Below are positions 32,951 through 46,250 of a stretch of DNA of 64,000 nt, one piece after another. Source of the DNA: Eledone cirrhosa (Eukaryota). The translations under genes and the position numbers were made by a program. Every line of letters starts with the position of its first letter. Within the stretch, counting starts at the first letter, position 1. The DNA lies in NCBI GenBank assembly GCA_964016885.1, contig OZ024754.1, positions 34,720,001 through 34,784,000 of the forward strand. The letters run 5' to 3'. Under the pieces are notes generated by a model, which saw nothing but the letters and a program-made list of their open reading frames with translations, ran no database searches and was not told the DNA's origin.

Positions 32951-33351
32951 ACTTACAATAACTCAGTTTCTCTATTTATCTCCACTAACTTTCTGCAATT
33001 GTAGATTTTCAAAGCTAACTCTGCTTGTAACTAAATGTTTCTTTCTCTAACAGTATCCTCATGCTTTTTGCTTGAAATAATCTTTCTCAGAGATTTATTT
33101 TCTTTAATAACACTTTCCTTATATTTTTCTTGATCTTAATATTTAACTAATCTATTAACATAGAAAGCTTCCAGTTCCCAAGCAAGAATGTAATCTAAAA
33201 TCTAGAATGAATTAACAGATATTTCCAGTTAATAACCTTACTAAAGCAATTACATGAGGGAAGAGTTGTTTTAGCCATTTAAACACACACAAATTTATAT
33301 TTACTTTTTTTAAATGTATTTTGTAGTGTCAACATTTCTGTTACACTCTTT

Positions 33352-33620
33352 GTAGCTGGAGCTGTGTCAGTGACCAGGTCCTGGTGTGACTGGAGCTACG
33401 TCAGTGACCCATGGTGTGATGAAATGTGTCACTGACCAGGTCATAGTGTGACTGGAGCTGTGTTAGTGACCAGGTCATGGTGTGACATTAGGACTGTCAG
33501 TGACCAGGTTACAGTGTGGCAGTAGAGTTGTCAGTGCTCAGGTCACAGTGTGACAGTGACCAGATCACAAATAATGTAACAGTAGAGTTGTGGCAGTGAC
33601 CAGGTCACAAACAGTGTAGT
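33352..33620. repeat. Degenerate ~30-bp minisatellite
   Basis: Repeated tcagtgaccaggtca...gtgtgac. Confidence 0.8.
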
Positions 33621-34789
33621 AGAAATTTCAACACTGCGAAATATATGTAAAGAGATTCTAACAGTTTTTGTGTGTTTTAAATAGTTAAAATAACTGTTAC
33701 CTGATTAACATGGTCTGAAATGAACTGAGAAAACCCTGCTATAGTTTCATTGGAGCCTAAACTTAGATAGTAACAAATACAACTAACATTAAATATTTTA
33801 ATTTATTGTTTGGTGGAAAGTAAGTTATTGATGATGAATGTTGTATAGTAGCAGGGTTACTGATGGAAAGCTGAGCCTGACACTTTCAGTTGGGATTAAA
33901 GTCATTTTAGGAAAGTCAAGAATGTCAACATATTCCATTTCTGGTTTCATGTCTTTGTATCCAGAAATTATTACTATTAACTCTTTTGTTACCATATTTC
34001 TAATGAAAGGCACTAAAGATTTTCAATTAAATGTTAAAATTATCAAGAATTTGAAGGGATTTATTAAAATAATTAACTTTCTCATTATTAAGCTAGTGTT
34101 TGGAACATAACTTAACAAAAGTTAAAACATAAAATTGTAATGGAAGGTTTTTAGATATATAAATACTTTAAAACAAACAGTTTTGTATTGTAAAACTAGG
34201 TTCAAGCATAAAATTGTAATGGAAGGTTTTTAGATAAATATAAATACTTTAAAACAAACACTTTTATATCATAAACCAGGTTCAAACATAAAATTACAAT
34301 GGCAGGTTTTTATATAAATATAAACACTTTAAAACAGTTTTGTAAGGTAAAATGATATGTTTCCTGTGGTTTGATATCAAAGACATTAACTGCTGCAATA
34401 AAGTGATGAGGAATCTGCAACATAGTTTGGGAACAGATTCATGTAACTTAACGTCACTAAAAATCCTGATGTGCCTTATGGAAAGCAAGGACCAAGCATC
34501 TTTTCTGTTAAATCTTAGGTTCCAAATCTATATAAGAAACTACTATTGTTACTGGTTAATAAAAAGTAGTACCAGTAGAAAATTAAATCAATTCAATAAC
34601 ACCACCAACCACAATCTCAAGTTTATTGCCTTGTACTAAATTTAGAAATCAGCTTTTTTACTGTATCTTCAAATTTCAACCTTGTATTGTTATCACTGAA
34701 TATGTTATGTATTATATTATTATGCTATTAACATATCAGCTGTTATACTATTATGCTAAGAATTCCAAAATCAGTGCAGTGAAACTGAA

Positions 34790-35205
34790 TGAAGATTGGC
34801 TAGGAGAATGAGTTGAAATGTATATTGCTTGTTGTTTATTGGCCAGGAGAATGAGATGAAATGTATATTGCTTGCAGAGTTGTTGATTGGCCAGGAGAAT
34901 ATGAAATGAAATGAAATGTATATTGCTTGCTGAGTTGTTAATTGGCCAGGAGAATATGAAATGTATATTACTTGCTGAGTTGTTGATTAGCCAGGAGAAT
35001 ATGAAATGTATATTGCTTGCTGAGTTGTTGATTGGCCAGGAAAATGAAATGTATATTGCTTGTTGAGTTGTTGATTGGCCAGGAAAATGAAATGTATATT
35101 GCGTGCTGAGTTGTTGATTGGCCAGGAGAATGAGATGAAAAGTATATTGCATGCTGAGTTGTTGATTAGCCAGGAAAATGAAATGTATATTGCTTGCTGA
35201 GTTGC
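34790..35205. repeat. ~40-bp minisatellite
   Basis: Repeated gaaatgtatattgcttgctgagttgttgattggccagg. Confidence 0.9.
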
Positions 35206-35285
35206 CTTAAATTTTTACCTGTATCTTAGATTTCATTTAAAGCGGACGTAAAGTTTGGATGAGGAAAATGGTGTAGAAGAGTGGT

Positions 35286-36564
35286 GAGTGGTGTAATGGT
35301 TTGGTCTATGTCTGGTAGAGAGTAGTGTAATGGTTTGGTCTATGGCTGGTGAAGAGTGGTGTAATGGTTTGGTCTATGGCTAGTGGAGAGTGGTGTAATG
35401 GTTTGGTCTATGGCTGGTGGAGAGTGGTGTAATGGTTTGGTCTATGGCTGGTGGAGAGTGGTGTAATGGTTTGGTCTATGGCTGGTGGAGAGTGGTGTAA
35501 TGGTTTGGTCTATGGCTGGTGAAGAGTGGTGTAATGGTTTGGTCTATGGCTGGTGAAGAGTGGTGTAATGGTTTGGTCTATGGCTGGTGGAGAGTGGTGT
35601 AATGGTTTGGTCTATGGCTGGTAAAGAGTGGTGTAATGGTTTGGTCTATGGCTGGTGGAGAGCGGTGTAATGGTTTGGTCTATGACTGGTGGAGAGTGGT
35701 GTAATGGTTTGGTCTATGTCTGAAGGAGAGTGGTGTAATGGTTTGGTCTATGGCTGGTGAAGAGTGGTGTAATGGTTTGGTCTATGGCTGGCGAAGAGTG
35801 ATGTAATGGTTTGGTCTATGGCTGGCGAAGAGTGATGTAATGGTTTGGTCTATGGCTGGTGGAGAGTGGTGTAATGGTTTGGTCTATGTCTGAAGGAGAG
35901 TGGTGTAATGGTTTGGTCTATGTCTGAAGGAGAGTGGTGTAATGGTTTGGTCTATGTCTGAAGGAGAGTGGTGTAATGGTTTGGTCTATGGCTGGTGGAG
36001 AGTGGTGTAATGGTTTGGTCTATGTCTGAAGGAGAGTGGTGTAATGGTTTGGTCTATGTCTGGTAGAGAGTAGTGTAATGGTTTGGTCTATGGCTGGTAA
36101 AGAGTGGTGTAATGGTTTGGTCTATGGCTGGCGAAGAGTGATGTAATGGTTTGGTCTATGGCTGGCGAAGAGTGATGTAATGGTTTGGTCTATGGCTGGT
36201 GGAGAGTGGTGTAATGGTTTGGTCTATGTCTGAAGGAGAGTGGTGTAATGGTTTGGTCTATGTCTGAAGGAGAGTGGTGTAATGGTTTGGTCTATGTCTG
36301 AAGGAGAGTGGTGTAATGGTTTGGTCTATGGCTGGTGGAGAGTGGTGTAATGGTTTGGTCTATGTCTGAAGGAGAGTGGTGTAATGGTTTGGTCTATGTC
36401 TGGTAGAGAGTAGTGTAATGGTTTGGTCTATGGCTGGTGGAGAGCGGTGTAATGGTTTGGTCTATGGCTGGCGAAGAGTGATGTAATGGTTTGGTCTATG
36501 TCTGAAGGAGAGTGGTGTAATGGTTTGGTCTATGTCTGAAGGAGAGTGGTGTAATGGTTTGGTC
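35286..36564. repeat. 34-bp minisatellite, ~37 units
   Basis: Unit gagtggtgtaatggtttggtctatggctggtgga. Confidence 0.97.
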
Positions 36565-37517
36565 AGTGTTTGTGTTACATGCTCTTCTACATTAAATTCA
36601 ACTATTTTATCAATCATACACCTACAGTAAATAAAACATGGCTAGTTTCAGATGGTTTGATATCAAAAGAGTAGAAACGGGGTCAGTTTCAGATGGTTTA
36701 GTATCAAAAGAGTAGAAACTGGGTCAGTCTCATATGGTTTGGTATCAAAAGAGTTATTCAACATAGGTAACTGTTTTTAATATACCAGTTGCAATCGTTT
36801 ACATTTTGTTGTCTGTGTGGATACATTTGGAAACGTGTGGAGATACATTTGGAAACATGGCCTCCAAAATCTTATTATTACTATCATCATGTTCCAGATA
36901 TACCTTAACCTTTGCTTTTTCTGAGATCACCATTTGCTTGTTCCCCTAAGCTTTATTTGTTTTTATCACATAATATCTTCTAGCATTGGATAACATGTTC
37001 CATGATATTTACTTACTTCCCTTTATGTTCTGAGTTCTAATCTCGCCAAGGTTAGCTTTACTTTTCATCCTTACAGGGTTGATAAAATAAATCACCTGTA
37101 ACGCACTGGGGTCAATTTAATCAACTTCCCCTTCCCTTCAAAATTGCTAACCTTTAGGAAGCCATTATATTACATAACATCAAGGGTGGTGCAATGGTAA
37201 AATCGGGAGTGTCAGACAAAAGGCTTTGCAGCATATAGTTAATTGCTGGCTTTGTGCCTTATATAGAAACAATTCTTCTCAGACATATATGGATGATGAT
37301 ATCATGTAAGATGTTAACTTACAAGCTATTTTACTTTCAATCTATGTTTAATCTCAAACATAATTCTAGATATTCCTGTCTAGATATAAAGATATCATTT
37401 GGAAAATCTGTAAATCAATATTCTCATATAAGGAGTATGTCCACAGTAAGTTTAGGCTTCTTTCTATACTATTAGAATCTCGTTTTGCTTTGGGTTTAGC
37501 TTCAATGCTGCAAGTTG

Positions 37518-37995
37518 TCATATGGTACTGGTTTGAGGATCAACTGCCATGTAGTATTGAATAGCGGATCAACTTCCATGTGGTATTGGACAAAGGATCA
37601 ACTGACTTGTGGTACTGGACTGAGGATCAACTTCCATGTGGTACAGATTTGAGGATCAACATCCATGTGATACAGATTTGAGGATCAGCTTCCATGTGGT
37701 AGAGGACAGTATTAACTGTCTTGTGGTACTGAACAGACAATCAACATCCATGTGGTACTGAATAGGGGATCAACATCTATGTGCTACTGAATAGAGGATC
37801 AACTTCCATGTGGTACTGAACAATCAATCAACACCCATGTGGTACAGAATAAGGGATCAACATGCATGTGCTACTGAACAGACAATCAACATTCATATGG
37901 TACTGGACTGAGGAGCAACTGTCATGTAGTACTGAATGGAAGATCAACCACCATGTAGCACTGGACTGAGGATCAACTGACATGTGGTATTGAAC
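37518..37995. repeat. Degenerate ~29-bp minisatellite
   Basis: Repeated gaggatcaacttccatgtggtactg. Confidence 0.85.
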
Positions 37996-38504
37996 TGTAT
38001 TGGTATAAAGGCAGTGTTTAAAACATTTCACTATAGACATGTTGGGAAGGGCATCCAGCTGTAGGGACCATGCCAAAATATGGAACATATGTAAACAAGA
38101 TTTAGTTCCCTCACCTGTCTAAGAGAGCAGTAACACCAGTTATGTACTGACTTAGTCCTTAACAATTTGTCCAATCCATGCAAGCAGGAAAAAGCAAACA
38201 TAAAATGATGATAATGAAGATTTAGTGTAGTTGATAGTTATGATAATCTCTGCTTGTTATATATCAAATAAGCTTTTGATAAAAATTCTAACATTCTCTG
38301 CCACATAAACACATACAAACTGGTATATTCAGATGACAGACTAGTGTCCTCATTTAGGTTATAGTCACAGTGTCCTGTTACTCTACCCTCTGGCTTTCTT
38401 CAGGTTCTTGGTCTATTTACTAAACTGTGATTGATAGATTATTCTCATTCTGTTGTGCCTGGCATAAACCTCATATTAATTAATTACATGTGTTATCACT
38501 TGTG

Positions 38505-38770
38505 AATACGCATGGCCTAATAGTTAGGATGTTTGATGATCGATTGTAATGTCATTGGTTCAATTCCTGGACAGGCTGCCGCGTTGTGTTCTTGAGCAAA
38601 ACACTTTATTTGGTGTTACTCCAGTATATTCAGCTGAGAGTGAGTACCAGTAGTAACTGGGGAGTTAAACCTGTGATAGACCATTATCCTGTCCAGGGGG
38701 AGTCTTGTACTCTGTTGGTTAATGCCAAGGAAATCGGAGATAAGCACTGGTCTGATGAGCCTTCGGCTTA
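38505..38770 (+). mobile_element. Diverged tRNA-derived SINE
   Basis: gcatggcctaatagttagg...ggttcaattcc...gttcttgagcaaaacacttt. Confidence 0.7.
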
Positions 38771-38980
38771 GAACAGACATTGATGTCACTTGCTACTTCT
38801 GCTTAAAGTACAGTATATATATAATATGTTATCTAGGGGTTAAATTGCCATAACCAAATACAACAGATATCTGAAGAAATTTGAAAGATAACATAACATT
38901 GTGACCAAAACAACCATGGTGAGGACACAATTCCAAATAGATTAGTTTCTAATAAGAACTTCTCATCTTAAAACTTTTCA

Positions 38981-39032
<52 letters not shown>

Positions 39033-39440
39033 AACACTGAGAGAGAGAGGTAAGCAATAGAGTCTAGTAAGTACCCCATAGGAGCAGTTAAGGAAAGTAG
39101 AGTGTAGATATTATAAGATCTACAAACCCTGTAGTGTGGCTTAAATTGTTTTGATGGCAATGGAGGGACAGTTACAACTGGACTGTAGGGCTTATATGTC
39201 TTAAAATAATATATATAATGAAGAGTAAGGTGGCAGTGACTTTGAAGTCACACTGACACCTTTCTATTCATAAAATAAGCGTTTTACTCTTCTCACATGT
39301 ATTGAGTGCTCATCCAGTAATATTGGATGTTTTAAGAACCTGGCTATTTACTGTATGCACACACAACACACATATATACATATATATATATATATATATA
39401 TGAGTGTTGTAGTTTGCTTGAAGCATTGTGCGTTAAGTAT

Positions 39441-39810
39441 AAGAAGGTATGTAATTCGAAGGCTCTGACAATGTGAAAGGTGTGGTATGATTTAAGATAA
39501 AAGAAGGCAACAAAGATGCTCAGTGTTACCTGTTCTTTATTCAAATACAACTTGAAATTTTCGAGATAAAATCTCATCATCAGAAGTCAAAATCCTTGGA
39601 AAATAGAGAAAAGATGGCAGCATCTACATGCTAAAACGTTTTCTCTATTTTCCAAGGTTTTTGACTTCTGATGAGAGAATTTTATCTCGAAAAATTAAAG
39701 TCGTATTTGAATAAAGAACAGGTAACACTGAGCAGCTTTGTTGCCTTCTTTTATCTTACTTCATACCACCCATTTCACATTGTCGCAGCCTTCGAATTAC
39801 ATGCCTTCTT
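39441..39810. mobile_element. Fold-back element (~172-bp arms, 26-nt loop) with a minimal hammerhead core in each arm
   Basis: Arms 39441-39612 and 39639-39810 are diverged reverse complements; the supplied ORFs 39344(-) and 39671(+) translate alike. Flanked by (TA)/(CA) runs. Confidence 0.8.
39663..39702 (+). ncRNA. Putative minimal type I hammerhead ribozyme motif
   Basis: GACTT-CTGATGA-GAGA-ATTTTA-TCTC-GAAA-AAT-TA-AAGTC: stem I, core, stem II, GAAA, vestigial stem III, UH. Confidence 0.55.
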
Positions 39811-40799
39811 CTATATATGTATACACACACACACACGAACACAGACACATACACACACACAAATAAATACACTTGTTTATTACTAAATTCTTTTTGCATA
39901 TAAACATTTTTTACTTTAATCCCAATTATTTTTAATGTAATCATCTAAAAGAAGGCAATGTACTCATAATTCTTTTATTTCCCCCTTTTTTTTTTGCTTG
40001 CTTTGGATTCACTTTGCTCTTCACTTTGCTCTTTACAATCTCTCTCTCTCTCTTTAACTCATCTAATTTAATGGGATGTGCTTTCTGACTGAATATCCCT
40101 GATTTTTTTTCATTTTCCTACCCCTTTGCATATTCTAGAATATATTTTCCTACTCCAATGTACATTACAATATAGTTTCCTACACATTACTACAATATAT
40201 TTTCAGACAAGCTTATAAAATCCATTGGTTATTCAGTTTTCCTTTTGTTAATCTTATTTAATTTTATTTACAAAAAACAAAAAAAAATCAAAAGACGTTT
40301 CCTTTTGAGAATAACTTTTTCTTTACACTTAGTTCCTTCTTTAAATAATGCTTGTTTTCTTTTCATCTTCCCATTCACCTTTTAAACCGACCCAGCTATG
40401 GAAAGCTAAGTAGTACATCTGATACATAAGGTGAAATTATTGCTAACTACTAAAAGGTTTGGCACCATGAAGGCCAGCTGACTGTAGAACTTTGCCTCAA
40501 AAAGGGTTGCCAACAGGAAGGGCATCTGACTCAAATATTGCCTCAAAAATGCCCTCATGATTAGTACAAAGCAAACATTTGCTTTAGCAGTTTAAAATGG
40601 CTTTAAAACACTTGCTACTAGTTAAAAATAAGGTATTTCTGAGTGTGTACATAGGAGAGAGGGACTTTTCATATATTTCATGGGGATGTTCCTCAATTTA
40701 TCCTTGTGTGCTAATAGTATATTTAAGGAATATAGTAACACCTGCCATATCAAGCCACCACATTTTATCATATAAAGCATTCTTTATTCACTTAGTAAC

Positions 40800-41091
40800 T
40801 CTTCACATCCTGTATCACATGGAACCACATTGACAAGACATTCTCTCTTATAAAGTACGAAACTGCAATATAACTGTATCACATTAAAAATTGTCAATTA
40901 TTACAAGATACTATAAACATTTGAATTAACAAACCTGTTTTTTAGACATTTTTTGCCAAATCATTGTAGGATGTTAAGAGATAATACTGCAAATTTTCAC
41001 AATGATCTGTCCACTAGTAAAGATACTGTAAACATTTGAATTAACAAACTTATTTTTAGATATTTTCTGCTAAATCATTACAGGATGTTAA
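40800..41091. mobile_element. TTAA-bounded MITE-like repeat (copies near 50236, 58593, 62991)
   Basis: Family ends (ttaa)catcctgta ... tacaggatgttaa; shared internal aaagatactgtaaacatttgaattaacaaac. Confidence 0.7.
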
Positions 41092-41917
41092 GGGCTAAAG
41101 AAATAGTTGCAGAAAGGTCTTTATTACTTGAGCTAAATTCTGCTGATGCAGTACACTAGGATGTATATATTTCATCTGTGATATATTTATTTAATTTATA
41201 GAGTTATCCCCCTTTTGGACCACCACTATTAAAGGTTATTGAGATATAAAAGACCCCCCCCCCCTCTCTTTTTTCCCCTTTGTTTTCATTTCGTTTCCCT
41301 TTTTCTTCTTTACTAAATGGATGCTTACTTAATCAATAATCAATTTTTGTTTTTTCAGCAAATTCTTTTTCTGTTTAATAATGATTGCTTGTGAAAGAAT
41401 CCAGTTTTATTTGTTTTATCCCTTCCCGTTTCCATTTAATTCGCTGAAATTCTTTTATATTTTACCCCAAGACTGTATTTTATGTCTTTTATTTTGGTAC
41501 TGCTTTAGATTTTACTCATAACTTGGGAGCAAATATATTTGGTTGGGGGATTAATTATGTAAAAATATCTAAAGAATTTCTATAAGTTATAAATTTTAAA
41601 TCAATTCACTTCTTAAACCATTAATCAGAATGTTAAAAATATGCAAGTGTTTAATGGCTAAGCTGGGTTGCATCAGGCAATGATCGTATACAGCAATTAC
41701 AGATACATCACTGATTTTCCAGCAACTGGTGGTCTGGTACTTTTTTGTTTATCCTGATATATCACACATGAATTATCTGTAACCTACCAGACTTGTTAAT
41801 TCCCATTAGGGGGCTACCTCATGGCGTTAGATATAATTTTAAACATTTACACCTTCATATTATTATAGCTAAATCACAAGGAGTGTTTTCAACTTTGTGG
41901 TGTTTCTTGTGAATTAT

Positions 41918-42105
41918 CATAAGAGGTTTGACTGAAAAGTTCATAGGCTGACCAAGATACTCTCATGGAATGACCAAATGAGATTTATTTTTCAATATAG
42001 TCTCTGGAAAGAAACAATGCAGTTATTGAAAATGAATGTATGCAAGATTTCATAGCTCTAGCATCACTCCTTCACAACTTATGGGCTTTTCAGCTAACCC
42101 TCATA
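41918..42105. mobile_element. mariner-like MITE (related partial copy at 55915-56060)
   Basis: Inverted ends taagaggtttgactgaaaagttcata / tatgggcttttcagctaaccctcata. Confidence 0.65.
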
Positions 42106-42399
42106 TGTCTGACAAAACATAATCTCTCAGAGGTCCAGAGGTAAAGTTGTTGGAAAATCAGTCTTGTACCTTTATTATATATATATTTTTTTTAGTAGTG
42201 TATATACTCATGTAAAAGCTAAATTTTGAAAACTATTTGTGTGTGTGGGGGGGGGGGGGGGGGGGGGGTGTTAAATATATGTGGTTGACTGTTACATTGT
42301 GATGCTACTTTCAAGGGGTTTAAATTTACCACACAATCCTTAATACCGTGTCAGTAAGTAGAAGCATAATTGGAATATAATCATCATCATTTTTCATCA

Positions 42400-42733
42400 T
42401 CATCATCATCATTTTACGTCCGCTTCTCCTTGCTTGCAAGGGTAGGACAGGAACTGATTCTGGCTTGATTTCTACAGCTGGATGCCCTTCCTAACACCAA
42501 CCTCATTTACAGTGAGTGCTGGGTGCTTTTTTGCCGTGGCACCTCCACGACCACTTTGCAGTGGAATGATAGGGACCCCAGTCCCTATCATCTCATTTTT
42601 ACAGCTGAGTAAACTGGAGCAATGTGAAATAAAGTGCCTTGCTCAAGGAAACAACACATCACCCGGTCTGAGAATTGAACTCACAACCTTTCGATTGCAA
42701 GGCCAATGCTCTAACCACTAAGCCATGTGCCTC
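42400..42733 (-). mobile_element. SINE family A copy, inverted relative to the copies at 3951 and 10627
   Basis: Reverse complement of 10627-10950 with few differences. Confidence 0.92.
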
Positions 42734-43289
42734 CATAAATGAATAATAAATCAAAACTATGAATTACAGTAATAATACTGATGTTTCTACCCATCAAAGA
42801 ACATTTGCTACTCAGATAAAAACATACGGTTGTGCACATTTTATAAATATTTCCCTTTGTGTACATCAGAACATAATAGTCTAGAAAGATATATTTCCTT
42901 ATAGTAATATTTATGTTCAGGATAATACCTTGACATACATAGAAATATCCATTTTCACCTGAAATATAGGGGTTTGACTTTTACATGATTATATATTTAT
43001 CACACTATAACACATTTATCACACTATAACACAATTCTTAATTCAACAGTGTGCCTAATTTTCTTTTCTATTGGAACTTAACTCTAACTAGATTCCTTCT
43101 CAAGCTAATCAAATCTGTCCATGTCTAAACCAGGTTTCCTTCTCTGATTCTTTAGTTAGCTTTTTCCTTATTATTGTTATTTATTTTGATTATGTTGAAG
43201 GTTTTAGTCATTGTGATTAAATCAGAGAATGCAGCACATGTTTTTGTTTTTTCATGTGCGTATGTATGTTTGTATAAACTACATTATTT

Positions 43290-43965
43290 TATGTGTGTAT
43301 TTATTTATTTATGTATGTATATATGTGTGTGTGTGTGTGTATGCATATATATGTGTATATATGTGTGTGTATATGTGTGTATGCATATATATATGTGTAT
43401 ATATGTGTGTGTATATGTGTGTATATATATGTGTGTATGTGTATATATATATATATGTATGTGTATATATATATGTATGTATGTGTATATATATATGTAT
43501 GTATGTGTATATATATATATGTATGTATGTGTATATATATATATGTATGTATGTGTATATATATGTATGTATGTGTATATATATATATGTATGTATGTGT
43601 ATATATATATGTATGTATGTGTATATATATATATGTATGTATGTGTATATATATATATGTATGTGTATATATATATATGTATGTATGTGTATATATATAT
43701 GTATGTATGTGTATATATATATATGTATGTATGTGTATATATATATATGTATGTATGTGTATATATATATATATGTATGTATGTGTATATATATATGTAT
43801 GTATGTGTATATATATATATATGTATGTATGTGTATATATATATATATATGTATGTATGTGTATATATATATATCTATGTATGTGTATATATATATATGT
43901 ATGTATGTGTATATATATATATGTATGTATGTGTATATATATATATGTGTGTATATATATATATA

Positions 43966-44032
<67 letters not shown>

Positions 44033-44095
44033 ATATATACATGTATATATATATATATATATGTATATGTGTATATATATGTATATGCATGTGTG
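43290..44095. repeat. (TA)/(TG) compound microsatellite
   Basis: Directly visible in the sequence. Confidence 0.95.
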
Positions 44096-44198
44096 ATTGT
44101 TTTAAAAAGTCAGTAATTTTGGCAAAACTTCAAAGTAAACAGTCACTTTAACAACAATTATATACACAGGCATTATATATATATATATATATATATAT

Positions 44199-44239
<41 letters not shown>

Positions 44240-44682
44240 ATGAATTTGTGTGCTAAGAAAACCATGCCCAGTTTTCATTGTTAATTTGTCCAGTACATTA
44301 AATGTTACATATAAAATCCTTTCATTTGTTTCATATTGAGTCCTTACTAATCCTATATTTACAATCCTCTCCCCCTCTCTCCCTCCTCTCCCCCAAATGC
44401 TTTGTAAAAACTTTCTTTCTTAACAATTCAGTTGTTTTGTTTTTTTTTGTTTTTTTTTATCTATTTCAACATGAAATATTTCTCCTTCACTGAAAATTTT
44501 ATTTAGCCCTATTACAATCTCTCCCTCATTACCCCATTTCAACCTTTCCCTCTCATTACCCATATTTCATTCTCTCCCCCTTGATACCCCTATTTCAAGC
44601 CTTATTTATTCAGCATTTTTAAAATAAAATCATTACGTTTCTTTGAAGCTTATATGATTTATATTCTTAGTCTTTTCATATT

Positions 44683-45990
44683 CTCTCTAGTCTTATTTCT
44701 AGAGACAAACTTACTGTTTTGATCCCAAATGATCAAACTTTCTCTAGTCTCATTTCTAGAGACAAACTTACTGTTTTGATCCCAAAAGATCAAACTTTCT
44801 CTAGTCTCATTTGTAGAGACAAACTTACTGTTTTGATTCCAAATGATCAAACTTTCTCTAGTCTCATTTCTAGAGACAAACTTACTGTTTTGATCCCAAA
44901 TGATCAAACTTTCTCTAGTCTCATTTCTAGAGACAAACTTACTGTTTTGATCCCAAAAGATCAAACTTTCTCTAGTCTCATTTGTAGAGACAAACTTACT
45001 GTTTTGATTCCAAATGATCAAACTTTCTCTAGTCTCATTTCTAGAGACAAACTTACTGTTTTGATCCCAAATGATCAAACTTTCTCTAGTCTCATTTCTA
45101 GAGACAAACTTACTGTTTTGATCCCAAATGATCAAACTTTCTCTAGTCTCATTTCTAGAGACAAACTTACTGTTTTGATCCCAAATGATCAAACTTTCTC
45201 TAGTCTCATTTCTAGAGACAAACTTACTGTTTTGATCCCAAATGATCAAACTCTCTCTAGTCTCATTTCTAGAGACAAACTTACTGTTTTGATCCCAAAT
45301 GATCAAACTTTCTCTAGTCTCATTTCTAGAGACAAACTTACTGTTTTGATTCCAAATGATCAAACTCTCTCTAGTCTCATTTCTAGAGACAAACTTACTG
45401 TTTTGATCCCAAAAGATCAAACTTTCTCTAGTCTCATTTCTAGAGACAAACTTACTGTTTTGATCCCAAATGATCAAACTTTCTCTAGTCTCATTTCTAG
45501 AGACAAACTTACTGTTTTGATCCCAAATGATCAAACTTTCTCTAGTCTCATTTCTAGAGACAAACTTACTGTTTTGATCCCAAATGATCAAACTTTCTCT
45601 AGTCTCATTTCTAGAGACAAACTTACTGTTTTGATCCCAAATGATCAAACTTTCTCTAGTCTCATTTCTAGAGACAAACTTACTGTTTTGATCCCAAATG
45701 ATCAAACTTTCTCTAGTCTCATTTCTAGAGACAAACTTACTGTTTTGATCCCAAATGATCAAACTTTCTCTAGTCTCATTTCTAGAGACAAACTTACTGT
45801 TTTGATCCCAAATGATCAAACTTTCTCTAGTCTCATTTCTAGAGACAAACTTACTGTTTTGATCCCAAAAGATCAAACTTTCTCTAGTCTCATTTCTAGA
45901 GACAAACTTACTGTTTTGATGCCAAAAGATCAAACTTTCTCTAGTCTCATTTCTAGAGACAAATTTATGATCCCCAAAGATCAAACATTT
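44683..45990. repeat. 57-bp minisatellite, ~23 near-perfect units
   Basis: 19-aa periodicity in ORFs on both strands; unit tctagtctcatttctagagacaaacttactgttttgatcccaaatgatcaaactttc. Confidence 0.97.
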
Positions 45991-46250
45991 CTCCAAAGTT
46001 ATTTTCCTAATTTCTTTTTTTTGTTTCTTTTTTGTTCTAAGGGATTATTTAGCCCCCCCCCCCCCCCCCCATAAGAACTTACCTTACTTCAGTTGTCCCT
46101 ATAAGAACTATATATTTTCTTTCTTTCTCTTTTTCTTTCTTTCTCTTTTTTTTTCTTTCTCTTTTTTTCTTTCTTTTTATTTAGTTAATTCTAACATTCC
46201 TTTAGTTTATGTCCTCTGATTTCCCCTCCGATTATCTTTCTAATTTTCAG

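Noticed and set aside
44659-46074. 445-aa and 451-aa repeat ORFs; also 53161-54040 and 29632-29970
   Set aside because: Tandem repeats with unit lengths divisible by 3 (the first two open in several frames or strands); no splice or homology support.
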